Positions 49,282 to 58,073 of a stretch of DNA of 64,000 nucleotides are shown here, in pieces. The stretch is from Elusimicrobiota bacterium (GTDB lineage Bacteria > Elusimicrobiota > Elusimicrobia > F11). A model generated the notes under the pieces. The model was not told where the DNA came from. It did no database searches and saw nothing but the letters and a program-made list of their open reading frames with translations. A program made the position numbers and the translations under genes. The first letter of the stretch is position 1; every line of letters begins with the position of its first letter. The stretch lies in assembly GCA_044221725.1 (NCBI GenBank), contig JBGAON010000002.1:192001-256000 (forward strand). Direction: 5' to 3'.

Positions 49282-50596
49282 GAAGATTTGCACGATCGGT
49301 CTCTGGCATCTGGGTTGCACAATGTCCGCGCATCTCGCTTCGCTCGGTTTCAACGTTGTCGGCGTTGATACCGACGCCACCATTGTAAAGAATCTCAACA
49401 ATGGAAAAGCGCCGTTGTCCGAGCCGGGTTTGAATGACCTAATTACGAAACAAATGAAGGACGGACACTTGTCGTTCACCTCGTCGCTTAAAGAAGGAAT
49501 CTCCGAGGCATCGTTTGTTTGGATTACATTCGACACGCCGGTTCGAGACGATGACGCGGCGGACGTGGGATTTGTTGCAAAACAATTTTCTCGCGTCGCC
49601 GAAGAAAATCTGTCGGCGGAAGGAATCATTGTTTCTTACCAGGTCTCCGTTGGGTTTTGTTCCCAGTTGGAGAAATTGGCGGAGAAAGCCGGATTCGGAA
49701 ATATTCCCATTTGTTACGTGCCAGAAAACCTGCGTTTGGGAAATGCGCTCAATGTTTTGAGAAAGATGGATCGCCTGGTGGCCGGTGTTCGCGAGGAGGG
49801 TCATAAAAAAATATTCGCGCCGGTTTTTGAAAAGATTTGCTCAAACATAATTTGGATGAAAACAGAATCCGCCGAAATGACGAAGCACGCTTTGAATGGT
49901 TTTCTCGCGACGTCCGTTGTGTTTGCAAACGAAGTAGCGACGGTTTGCGAAAGCGTGGGCGCGGATGCACGCGATGTGGCGTTGGGACTTCTTTCCGACG
50001 AAAGAATCGGCCCCAAGGCCTATTTGAAACCAGGAGCCGCTTTTGCGGGCGGAACATTGGCCCGCGACGTAACATTTCTCCGAGAATTAAGCGAGAAAAG
50101 GCGAAATCTCTCGGCGAATTTTTTCGCTGCTGTCACGAAGAGCAATCAAAGCCATCGTGATTGGGCGAAGCGAAAGCTAATATCGGAAATCAAATCGTTT
50201 GATAAGAAAGTTATTTCGGTGTGGGGTTTGAGTTACAAAGGAGGAACCGATACGTTGCGACGCTCCTGGGCCGCAGAACTGGTCGAATGGTTGATCGCGA
50301 AAGGGGCGCGGGTGAAAGTTTTTGATCCATTGATAAAACAATCTCCGAAATCGTGGCAGAAAAAAGTGGAATTCGCTCGGTCCAAAGAAGAAGCGTTGGT
50401 GGGATCGAGAGCGCTCGTGTTTGGTAACGATGACGCCTTCTTTAAGGACCTTAACGTTTCCAATCTCGCGCGGATGACAAACCGATTGATTATTGATGCG
50501 AATGGAGTTGCGCGGCTTCGCCTGTTGGCCGCGGACGTACCAATTAAATATTTTTCAGTCGGGTTTTCAGCGACGAGGATCCTTCATGGGCGCTAA
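49277..50596 (+). CDS. UDP-glucose/GDP-mannose dehydrogenase-family protein lacking the catalytic Cys (LmbL-like)
   Basis: IGLWHLG, EPGL, PENLRLG, AEMTKHALN, AFAGGTLARD (canonical GYGGSCFPKD), GLSYK. Confidence 0.85.
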   Translation: MTKICTIGLWHLGCTMSAHLASLGFNVVGVDTDATIVKNLNNGKAPLSEPGLNDLITKQMKDGHLSFTSSLKEGISEASFVWITFDTPVRDDDAADVGFVAKQFSRVAEENLSAEGIIVSYQVSVGFCSQLEKLAEKAGFGNIPICYVPENLRLGNALNVLRKMDRLVAGVREEGHKKIFAPVFEKICSNIIWMKTESAEMTKHALNGFLATSVVFANEVATVCESVGADARDVALGLLSDERIGPKAYLKPGAAFAGGTLARDVTFLRELSEKRRNLSANFFAAVTKSNQSHRDWAKRKLISEIKSFDKKVISVWGLSYKGGTDTLRRSWAAELVEWLIAKGARVKVFDPLIKQSPKSWQKKVEFARSKEEALVGSRALVFGNDDAFFKDLNVSNLARMTNRLIIDANGVARLRLLAADVPIKYFSVGFSATRILHGR

Positions 50597-51455
50597 ATCG
50601 CCGCGCGATATTCTGTTAACGGGGGCGAGCGGTGCCATCGGAACGGCCATGGCTTCCGCGCTCGCGAAAGCCGGTTTTTCACTTCATCTGACGTCGCGTC
50701 AACCGAAAAAGTTGTCCGCGCTCCAGAAAAGTGTGAAGGCCGCTGGAGCGAATGCTTTTGTGTATGCGTTGGACCTTAAATGTCCGCAAAGCATTACCGC
50801 TGTCGTAAAAACATTTATGCAGCGATCCGCAAACCCGTTTGGGCTCATCTGCAACGCCGGGGACTTCGGCGTTTTGGGAGATTTTTCAAAAGTGTCGGTG
50901 GAGCGCTGGATTTCCGATTTTTCTCAAAACTTTCTGTCGAACGCACGGCTGCTGCACGCTTTTCTCGATGGAATGAAAAGAAAAAAGGCGCCAGAAGGTT
51001 CGGTTGTCATGTTGAGCGGCGCGGGATTGGGCGGCAACAGTTCGTTTGCGCATTTCAGTTGTTACAGCACGGCCAAAGCCGCGGTTACCCATTTGGTGGA
51101 AGCATTGGCGCCAGAGCTTTTGCCGTCTCGAATTCGGATCAACGCAATTTCGCCGGGGCAAGTGTACAGCAACTTAACCGAAACGATGATCAAAGCAGGC
51201 GTGAAGCGCGTGGGCGAATTGGCCACGAGTGCCATGCGTTGCAAAGAAACGGGCGGAGTTCCGCCGCAGCTTGCGGCGCAACTGACAGAATTTTTAATGA
51301 GTCCGGACGCCGGAGAAATCACCGGTCGGTTATTGAGTGCTCGTTTTGATCTGTCTGCGCTGAAGAAGCAGGCCGGACGCGTCGCAAAGGATCCGAATCT
51401 CTTCAAGCTTCGGCGAATCGATGACGCACTATTCTCCGTTGTGAAGCCCTCATGA
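50586..51455 (+). CDS. Short-chain dehydrogenase/reductase
   Basis: TGASGAIG, CNAG, YSTAK, INAISPG; ATG 50586. Confidence 0.88.
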   Translation: MGAKSPRDILLTGASGAIGTAMASALAKAGFSLHLTSRQPKKLSALQKSVKAAGANAFVYALDLKCPQSITAVVKTFMQRSANPFGLICNAGDFGVLGDFSKVSVERWISDFSQNFLSNARLLHAFLDGMKRKKAPEGSVVMLSGAGLGGNSSFAHFSCYSTAKAAVTHLVEALAPELLPSRIRINAISPGQVYSNLTETMIKAGVKRVGELATSAMRCKETGGVPPQLAAQLTEFLMSPDAGEITGRLLSARFDLSALKKQAGRVAKDPNLFKLRRIDDALFSVVKPS

Positions 51456-52423
51456 AAGCGATTGTGACCGGTGCGGCCGGTTTCATTGGAAGCAATGTGG
51501 TTGACCGCTTGCTCGCGGACGGAGCGACCGTTATTGGCGTCGACAATTTGGCAACGGGCCGAAAACGGTTTCTTGAGCGCGCACTGAAAAACTCGAAGTT
51601 CCATTTTGAGAGGCGGGACCTGTCGGAGCGAACGGCTTTGGATGGTCTTTTAAACAAAGATACCAACTGGGTTTTTCATTTTGCGGCCAATGCGGACGTT
51701 CGTGACGGGTTGCTTCATCCGGAAAAAGACGTTCAGCAAAATATTTTGGTGACCTGGAATATCCTGGAAGCCATGCGGAAGGCCGATGTGCACCGAATTG
51801 TATTCAGTTCCACCGGAAGTATTTATGGCGAGGCGCCGGTGATTCCCACTCCGGAGGATTGCCCGTTTCCGGTTCAAACGTCGCTTTACGGAGCGTCCAA
51901 GCTTGCGGCCGAAGGACTGTTGTCGGCGTATGCGGAGGGCTACGGTTTTAAAGCACGCATTTTCCGTTTTGTTTCGATTTTGGGACCGCGTTACACGCAT
52001 GGACATGTTTTCGATTTCGTTCGGCAATTGAAACAGAATCCCAAAAAACTAAAAATTCTCGGCGATGGAAAACAAAAGAAATCGTATCTCGGTGTGGACG
52101 ATTGCATCGAAGCCATCCTCACAGCCATTCGTCACGATACCTCGGCAAAAATTGCGATTTATAATCTCGGTGCGGACGAATTCGTAACCGTCGACCAATC
52201 CATTGATGTCATCACCAAAGAATTGAACCTCCAGCCCGAAAGAATTTACGCGGGAGGAGATCGCGGTTGGGTGGGCGACAATCCTTTCATTTTTTTGAAA
52301 ACAGACAAGATACGAGCCCTGGGCTGGTCCAATAAATCGGATATTCGCGCCTGTGTCTCGCAGACGGTTCGTTTCTTGTTAGAAAACCCTTGGGTCTACG
52401 AAAAGGAGGCTGTTTCCCAATGA
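51452..52423 (+). CDS. NAD-dependent NDP-sugar epimerase (LmbM-like)
   Basis: TGAAGFIG, HFAANAD, SSTGSIYG, YGASK, GDGKQKKSY. Confidence 0.9.
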   Translation: MKAIVTGAAGFIGSNVVDRLLADGATVIGVDNLATGRKRFLERALKNSKFHFERRDLSERTALDGLLNKDTNWVFHFAANADVRDGLLHPEKDVQQNILVTWNILEAMRKADVHRIVFSSTGSIYGEAPVIPTPEDCPFPVQTSLYGASKLAAEGLLSAYAEGYGFKARIFRFVSILGPRYTHGHVFDFVRQLKQNPKKLKILGDGKQKKSYLGVDDCIEAILTAIRHDTSAKIAIYNLGADEFVTVDQSIDVITKELNLQPERIYAGGDRGWVGDNPFIFLKTDKIRALGWSNKSDIRACVSQTVRFLLENPWVYEKEAVSQ

Positions 52424-53403
52424 TCATCACGCGAACGCCGCTTCGAATCAGTCTCGGCGGTGGAGGAACCGATCTCCCTTCTTATTATTCCCGTTTCGGC
52501 GGCTTCGTAATTTCCGCGGCCATTGATTGTTACGTTTACATTACGCTGTACCGAATTTTTCCGAAGAAGTACATCGTTAAATATTCGACGCTCGAAACGG
52601 TCGATGAAATAAGCCAAATCCAACATCCAATTGTGCGCGAGGCTTTTAAGATGCACGGCATCGATCCGTATATCGAAATGGTGAGCATTGCCGACATTCC
52701 CGCTGGCACCGGGCTCGGTTCGTCGGGTGCGTTTAATGTCGGGTTGCTTCGTGCGATTCATGCTTTCAAGAAACATCACGTGTCGCCACAAGAATTGGCC
52801 GAACAGGCCTGTCGCATTGAGATCGATTTGCTGAAGGAGCCCGTCGGAAAACAGGACCAGTACATATCGGCGTTTGGCGGCGTCATCTGCATGGACATAA
52901 GTTCCTCGGGCGACGTGAACGTGACGCCATTAAAAATACCTGCCGAAACGTTGAACGATCTCGAGGATCATCTGCTCATGTTTTTCACGGGCTACTCGCG
53001 CAACGCGAGCGATGTGCTGAAGGATCAAAAAGTACGAACCGAAAGTGATGATAAGGCAATGATTGAAAATCTCCATTTCATCAAGGAGCTGGGGCATTCC
53101 ATTAAAACCTCTTTGGAAAACGGTCAGCCGGAGAAATTTGCGAGTTTGATGCACGAACACTGGTTGCACAAGAAAAAGCGTTCGGCCACGATTAGCAACG
53201 ACAACATTTCCCGTTGGTACGATCTTGCGCGCGAAAATGGCGCGCTCGGGGGAAAATTGATCGGCGCCGGCGGAGGCGGCTTTCTTATGTTTTACGCGAA
53301 GGATGCAGAACGCCTTCGAAAAGCAATGGCGAAAGAAGGGCTTACCGAGGTGCGATTTGGTTTTGACCACGAAGGCGCCAAAGTAATGGTGATGGGCGGG
53401 TGA
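52420..53403 (+). CDS. hddA: GHMP sugar-phosphate 1-kinase (HddA/LmbP-like)
   Basis: RTPLRISLGGGGTDLP, PAGTGLGSSG, GKQDQY, GGKLIGAGGGGF. Confidence 0.9.
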   Translation: MIITRTPLRISLGGGGTDLPSYYSRFGGFVISAAIDCYVYITLYRIFPKKYIVKYSTLETVDEISQIQHPIVREAFKMHGIDPYIEMVSIADIPAGTGLGSSGAFNVGLLRAIHAFKKHHVSPQELAEQACRIEIDLLKEPVGKQDQYISAFGGVICMDISSSGDVNVTPLKIPAETLNDLEDHLLMFFTGYSRNASDVLKDQKVRTESDDKAMIENLHFIKELGHSIKTSLENGQPEKFASLMHEHWLHKKKRSATISNDNISRWYDLARENGALGGKLIGAGGGGFLMFYAKDAERLRKAMAKEGLTEVRFGFDHEGAKVMVMGG

Positions 53404-54395
53404 TTCGCGTCGGGCTCATTGGGGCCGGCCTGATTGGCGCAAAACGCGCGCAGCATATGGGCGACGCCAAACTTGTTGCTGTGCATGACAAGGATGTTTC
53501 TCGGTCTCGCGCGTTAGCGAAAAATTACGGAGCGCAGGTCGAGGAGAATTGGAAAACCCTGGTCGGCCGTTCGGACATTGACGCGATCGTTGTCGCAACG
53601 TCGCACGATGGTTTGGCGTCGTGTTCAGTCGCGGCGCTTAAATCCGGCAAGCATGTGCTCGTGGAAAAGCCCGGTGGACGAAACCCACAAGAGATCAAGT
53701 TGCAAATCCAAGCCGCTCGCGCGGCGCGCAAGGTTCTTCGCGTCGGTTTTAATCATCGCTTTCATCCCGGGTTGAAAAAAGCCGCCGAACTGGTCGCGTC
53801 AAAAGAGTTTGGGTCTCTTTTGTTTATTCGGGCGCGCTACGGCCATGGAGGCCGCGTCGGATATGAAAAAGAGTGGAGAGCGAACCCAAAAATCAGCGGG
53901 GGCGGCGAATTGTTGGATCAAGGCGTGCATTTGATCGATCTCACGCAGTGGATCGGCGGCACGTTCAATCCCGCGTGGTCCATGACGAACACATTTTTCT
54001 GGCCCATGAAGGTTGAAGATTATGGCTTCGTCGCGCTCAAATCGGCGGATTCCAAGCGCTGGGCTTGGTTGCACGCGAGTTGGGTGGAGTGGAAAAATGT
54101 TTTCCACTTTGAAATTTTCTGTGAACGCGCGAAGTTCGAAATCAGCGGATTGGGGGGAAGCTATGGTCCCGAAGAACTGAAATGTTTCCGAATGAAACCG
54201 GAGATGGGACCTCCGGAGGTCGATGTGTTTTCGTTTCCGAGCGAAGACGTTTCGTGGAAAAACGAATGGGAAGACTTTGAGAGAGCGATTCACGGGAAAC
54301 CGGAAACCATGGGCGCGCGCGGAGAAGATGCATTAAGAACCATGAACATTGTGCACTGGGTGTATGCGCAAAAAAAGAAAGCGCGTCGACGCTGA
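53400..54395 (+). CDS. Gfo/Idh/MocA oxidoreductase (LmbZ-like)
   Basis: GLIGAGLIG, HVLVEKP, GFNHRF, GGELLDQGVHLID. Confidence 0.88.
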   Translation: MIRVGLIGAGLIGAKRAQHMGDAKLVAVHDKDVSRSRALAKNYGAQVEENWKTLVGRSDIDAIVVATSHDGLASCSVAALKSGKHVLVEKPGGRNPQEIKLQIQAARAARKVLRVGFNHRFHPGLKKAAELVASKEFGSLLFIRARYGHGGRVGYEKEWRANPKISGGGELLDQGVHLIDLTQWIGGTFNPAWSMTNTFFWPMKVEDYGFVALKSADSKRWAWLHASWVEWKNVFHFEIFCERAKFEISGLGGSYGPEELKCFRMKPEMGPPEVDVFSFPSEDVSWKNEWEDFERAIHGKPETMGARGEDALRTMNIVHWVYAQKKKARRR

Positions 54396-55119
54396 AAATT
54401 TCCCGGTCGTGATATTGGCCGGTGGGCTGGGCACACGGCTTGGCTCGCTCACCGCGGGTCGCCCCAAAGCGCTTGTGCCGGTGGCCGGAAAGCCATTCTT
54501 GTTTCATCAACTTGAGTTGTTGCGAAGAAAAGGTTTGTCCCACGTGATTCTTTCTGTTGGTTACAAAGCGGCATTGATCAAACGAGCGGTCAAAGCGGCG
54601 AAAATTTCGGGAATGCGCATTGAATTCGTTGAGGACGGTCCGGTGCCTCTCGGAACGGGCGGCGCTGTCCGAAAAGCGGCCCAGTTGGTGGACGGTCCTT
54701 TCTTCGTTCTTTATGGCGATTCGTATCTAGAAATCAATTATCTTGCTGTCGCGCAGGCTTATAAAAAATCTGGAAAAAAGGGGTTAATGACGGTATATAG
54801 GAATAATAATCGACTTGATAAAAGCAACTTGATTTTTCGACGTGGTTTGATAAAGCGCTATTCAAAGAACGAGGTAACGCCGCAAATGAGGCACATTGAC
54901 TACGGACTGACCATTATTAATAAGGAGCAACTGAAATCCTTCCCCGCCCACCGAAAATTCGATTTAAGCGCGATTTTCCAAAAACTCATTAAAAAAAACG
55001 AAATGGCCGCGGTCGAAGTGAAAAAGCGATTCTACGAAGTCGGTTCTCCGTCCGGAATTCAAGCGCTCGAAGTGCACCTTGCGAGGAAACGACGATGTCC
55101 TATTCCGAAGATTTCTTAA
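54364..55119 (+). CDS. hddC: Sugar-1-phosphate nucleotidyltransferase (HddC/LmbO-like)
   Basis: ILAGGLGTRL, PKAL, PLGTGGA, LYGDSY, FYEVGS; start approximate. Confidence 0.85.
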   Translation: MRKKRKRVDAENFPVVILAGGLGTRLGSLTAGRPKALVPVAGKPFLFHQLELLRRKGLSHVILSVGYKAALIKRAVKAAKISGMRIEFVEDGPVPLGTGGAVRKAAQLVDGPFFVLYGDSYLEINYLAVAQAYKKSGKKGLMTVYRNNNRLDKSNLIFRRGLIKRYSKNEVTPQMRHIDYGLTIINKEQLKSFPAHRKFDLSAIFQKLIKKNEMAAVEVKKRFYEVGSPSGIQALEVHLARKRRCPIPKIS

Positions 55120-55694
55120 AGCTATCCGCCGACATCACGAGTCGGCTGGACGTTACGGTTCTTGAGAAGATGGTCACCGCACTTTTTGATTTGCGTGAAC
55201 GCGGTGGACGGTTGTTTGTTCTCGGTGTGGGAGGAAGCGCAGCAAACGCGTCGCACGCCGTAAACGATTTTCGCAAGATCGCCAACATTGAAACCTACAC
55301 GCCGACCGACAACGCAGCGGAACTGACCGCGCGAGTGAACGACGATGGGTGGGATTCGTGTTTCGCGAATTGGCTTAAAGTGAGCCGCTTTTCGAAGAAC
55401 GATATGTTGATGATTTTCTCTGTTGGCGGCGGCGACAAGAAAAGAAACGTTAGTCCGAATCTCATCGTTGCAATGGACATGGCGAAATCTCTCGGCGCTC
55501 CGATTTTATCGGTCGTCGGCCGTGATGGCGGATATGCCGCACAGGTTTCCACGCATTGCGTTGTTATTCCGCCGCTCAACGCGGAGATGGTGACGCCGCA
55601 GACCGAAGGCTTTCAAGCAATTGTTTGGCACTTGCTGGTGTCTCACCCGAAATTAAAGAGTGCTCCGATGAAATGGGAGTCCATCACGAAGTAA
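55095..55694 (+). CDS. gmhA: SIS-domain phosphosugar isomerase (GmhA/LmbN-like, divergent)
   Basis: GVGGSAANASHAVND, TARVNDDG, FSVGGG, GRDGG. Confidence 0.8.
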   Translation: MSYSEDFLKLSADITSRLDVTVLEKMVTALFDLRERGGRLFVLGVGGSAANASHAVNDFRKIANIETYTPTDNAAELTARVNDDGWDSCFANWLKVSRFSKNDMLMIFSVGGGDKKRNVSPNLIVAMDMAKSLGAPILSVVGRDGGYAAQVSTHCVVIPPLNAEMVTPQTEGFQAIVWHLLVSHPKLKSAPMKWESITK

Positions 55695-55696
55695 TC

Positions 55697-56818
55697 ATGG
55701 TTGAGAATAATTCCACGTCCACATCCAATCTCGTCGTCCAGCCGGAGCGTTTGAGCAAAAAAATAAAGCGTCTCGTGAAAGGTCCTCGCCCGGTGTTCCG
55801 AACACTCTTTGGTTTGCGCGCGTTGCGAGAGGGCATCAAAGGGTATGTCAAAGGACGGCGTGGAGCGAAGGACCATTTGGCGGCCACAATTTCCTTTATC
55901 AGCGGCTCAAACACGGTGGCCGGACGCCCAATGAATATCACAATTGAACCAACGAGCGCCTGCAATCTTGCCTGCCCGATCTGTGAAACCGGAGACCGAC
56001 GACTCGAGCGTCCTATGAAGCACATGACGATGGACGATTTCAAAACGATCATCGACAAGATTGCTCCGCACACGAACACGTTGATGTTTTATTTCATGGG
56101 CGAGCCTTTTATTAATCAGGATTCTTACGCGATGCTGCGGTACGCCAAAGACAAAGGTATTCCATTTATCACAACCTGTACGAACGGCGATTTTGTGAAC
56201 GCCGAGAAGCTCATCGACAGCGGTATCGACGAAATTAGCTTTCAGATGGGTGGGCTAACGCAGGAAACCCACCAAACGTACAGAATCAACAGCAATCTTG
56301 AGCGCGTGATGAAAAATCTCCAAGAAACAATTCGCGTGCGAAACGAAAGAAAATCAAAACTAATCATTAAAAGCGGTTTGATCATCATGAAGCACAATGA
56401 GCACGAAGTGGTGCCGTTCTTAAAACAAATGAAGGACCTTGGCGTGGATCAACCGCACATTGTGGACACCGTCATTCGAACGTACGAGGAAGGCGTCAAA
56501 TATCTTCCGACCGATCAGAGTCACTGGAAATACGATCCCGAGGCGTTCAAACAAGGCGTCGTGAAACCACGGTTCTTACCGCCGAATGCGTGCCCATGGA
56601 TTTATTATTCGCTTTCGATTCACGTGAACGGAAACGTGGTTCCGTGTTGCTGGGATCCGACCGGCAAATACGTAATGGGAAATCTCGTCACGGAGTCGCT
56701 CGATGCTGTTTGGAATGGCCCCAAGTTTCGCGCGTTCCGCGATCAACTTCATAAGGATCAAGGACAGATTGAGATTTGTAAGTTGTGCTCGTCCTACCCT
56801 CACAGCCCCATCCGTTGA
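55697..56818 (+). CDS. Radical SAM protein with SPASM/twitch domain
   Basis: EPTSACNLACPIC, MGEP, TNG, C-terminal CPW...GNVVPCCWD...GN...CKLC; ATG 55697. Confidence 0.9.
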   Translation: MVENNSTSTSNLVVQPERLSKKIKRLVKGPRPVFRTLFGLRALREGIKGYVKGRRGAKDHLAATISFISGSNTVAGRPMNITIEPTSACNLACPICETGDRRLERPMKHMTMDDFKTIIDKIAPHTNTLMFYFMGEPFINQDSYAMLRYAKDKGIPFITTCTNGDFVNAEKLIDSGIDEISFQMGGLTQETHQTYRINSNLERVMKNLQETIRVRNERKSKLIIKSGLIIMKHNEHEVVPFLKQMKDLGVDQPHIVDTVIRTYEEGVKYLPTDQSHWKYDPEAFKQGVVKPRFLPPNACPWIYYSLSIHVNGNVVPCCWDPTGKYVMGNLVTESLDAVWNGPKFRAFRDQLHKDQGQIEICKLCSSYPHSPIR

Positions 56819-56820
56819 CC

Positions 56821-57354
56821 ATGGCAATGGCCGTGTTTCTTGATCGAGATGGCGTGCTGAACGAAGCGATTGTGCGTGAAGGAAAACCTTTCGCCCCTCA
56901 GGCCATGGAAGATCTCAAGCTCGCGCCCGGCGCCGTCGATGCTTGCCATCAACTAAAGACCGCCGGATTTCTTCTCATTGGCGTCACGAACCAGCCGGAC
57001 GTGGTTCGCGGAACGACAAAAAAAGAATTGGTGGAAAGCATCAATGCGCACGTCTCCAAAGAACTTGGCTTGCACGATTTGCGGACGTGTTACCACGACA
57101 ACGCCGACAATTGTTTGTGTCGCAAGCCAAAGCCCGGCATGATTTTGGACGCTGCAAAGCAATGGAAGATAGATTTGTCCCGCAGCTACATGGTCGGTGA
57201 TCGTTCAGGGGATATTGAAGCCGGGCGACGGGCCGGCGTTACCACCATTTTTATCGAACACCACTATAGTGAGGAGTTGAAACTCAAGCCGGATTTTGTG
57301 ACGGCATCTCTTAAGGAGGCGAGTCTATGGATCCTAAAAAACTCGAGGCAGTAA
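56821..57354 (+). CDS. gmhB: HAD-IIIA sugar-bisphosphate phosphatase (GmhB/LmbK-like)
   Basis: FLDRDGVLN, VTNQP, CYH...CLCRKPKPGM, MVGDR. Confidence 0.92.
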   Translation: MAMAVFLDRDGVLNEAIVREGKPFAPQAMEDLKLAPGAVDACHQLKTAGFLLIGVTNQPDVVRGTTKKELVESINAHVSKELGLHDLRTCYHDNADNCLCRKPKPGMILDAAKQWKIDLSRSYMVGDRSGDIEAGRRAGVTTIFIEHHYSEELKLKPDFVTASLKEASLWILKNSRQ

Positions 57355-58067
57355 AAGATCCGCAGAAACTTAAGATCAAGATTTTTGCTGATGGGGCCAA
57401 CAAAGAGGGAATGTTGGCCATGTACGCGCGGCCTTACATCAAAGGCTTCACGACCAATCCCACTCTGATGCGCAAAGCCGGCATTTCCGATTACAAAGCT
57501 TTTGCGCAGGACGTTCTAAAGAGCATCAAAGATCGCCCAATTTCATTTGAAGTGTTCTCCGATGACCTGGAAGAAATGGAGCGTCAAGCGGTAGAGATTG
57601 CGTCGTGGGGCACGAACGTGTACGTAAAGATTCCGGTGACGAACACAAAGGGAACATTTTGCGGCGATGTCATTCGCGCGCTAGCGAATAAGAAAGTGAA
57701 GATGAACGTCACCGCGGTCATGACATTGGAGCAAATCAAGCAAATCGTTCCTTGCATGAACAACGGCGTGCCGGGCGTTATCTCGGTTTTTGCCGGACGC
57801 GTGGCGGACACAGGAAGAGACCCGGTCCCTCATATGCAGCAGGCGCTTACTATCCTGAAGCCGTTTCCGAATTTGGAGTTGCTGTGGGCGAGCCCGCGCG
57901 AGTTGCTTAACATTTTTCAGGCCGACGAGATAGGGTGTCACATCATCACCGTCACAAACGACATTCTCGAAAAGCTGTCGCTTTTGAACAAAGATCTTTC
58001 GCATTATTCTCTCGAAACCGTTCAAATGTTTTACAACGACGCTCAAAAATCCGGATTTTCCTTGTAA
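57327..58067 (+). CDS. Transaldolase-family protein (short TalC type; LmbR-like)
   Basis: IFADGA, GFTTNPTL, ISFEV, VYVKIP (Schiff-base Lys), NVT, SVFAGR, WASPR. Confidence 0.92.
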   Translation: MDPKKLEAVKDPQKLKIKIFADGANKEGMLAMYARPYIKGFTTNPTLMRKAGISDYKAFAQDVLKSIKDRPISFEVFSDDLEEMERQAVEIASWGTNVYVKIPVTNTKGTFCGDVIRALANKKVKMNVTAVMTLEQIKQIVPCMNNGVPGVISVFAGRVADTGRDPVPHMQQALTILKPFPNLELLWASPRELLNIFQADEIGCHIITVTNDILEKLSLLNKDLSHYSLETVQMFYNDAQKSGFSL

Positions 58068-58073
58068 GACCCA

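Noticed and set aside
54700..55030. Locally AT-richer stretch in the nucleotidyltransferase as a sign of foreign DNA
   Set aside because: It is short, coincides with Lys/Ile/Asn-rich coding, and has no mobility signatures; it cannot be quantified by eye.
49277..58067. A lincosamide antibiotic gene cluster
   Set aside because: No amino-acid-moiety, condensation, thiol-transfer or resistance genes; the neighbours are surface-glycan transferases.
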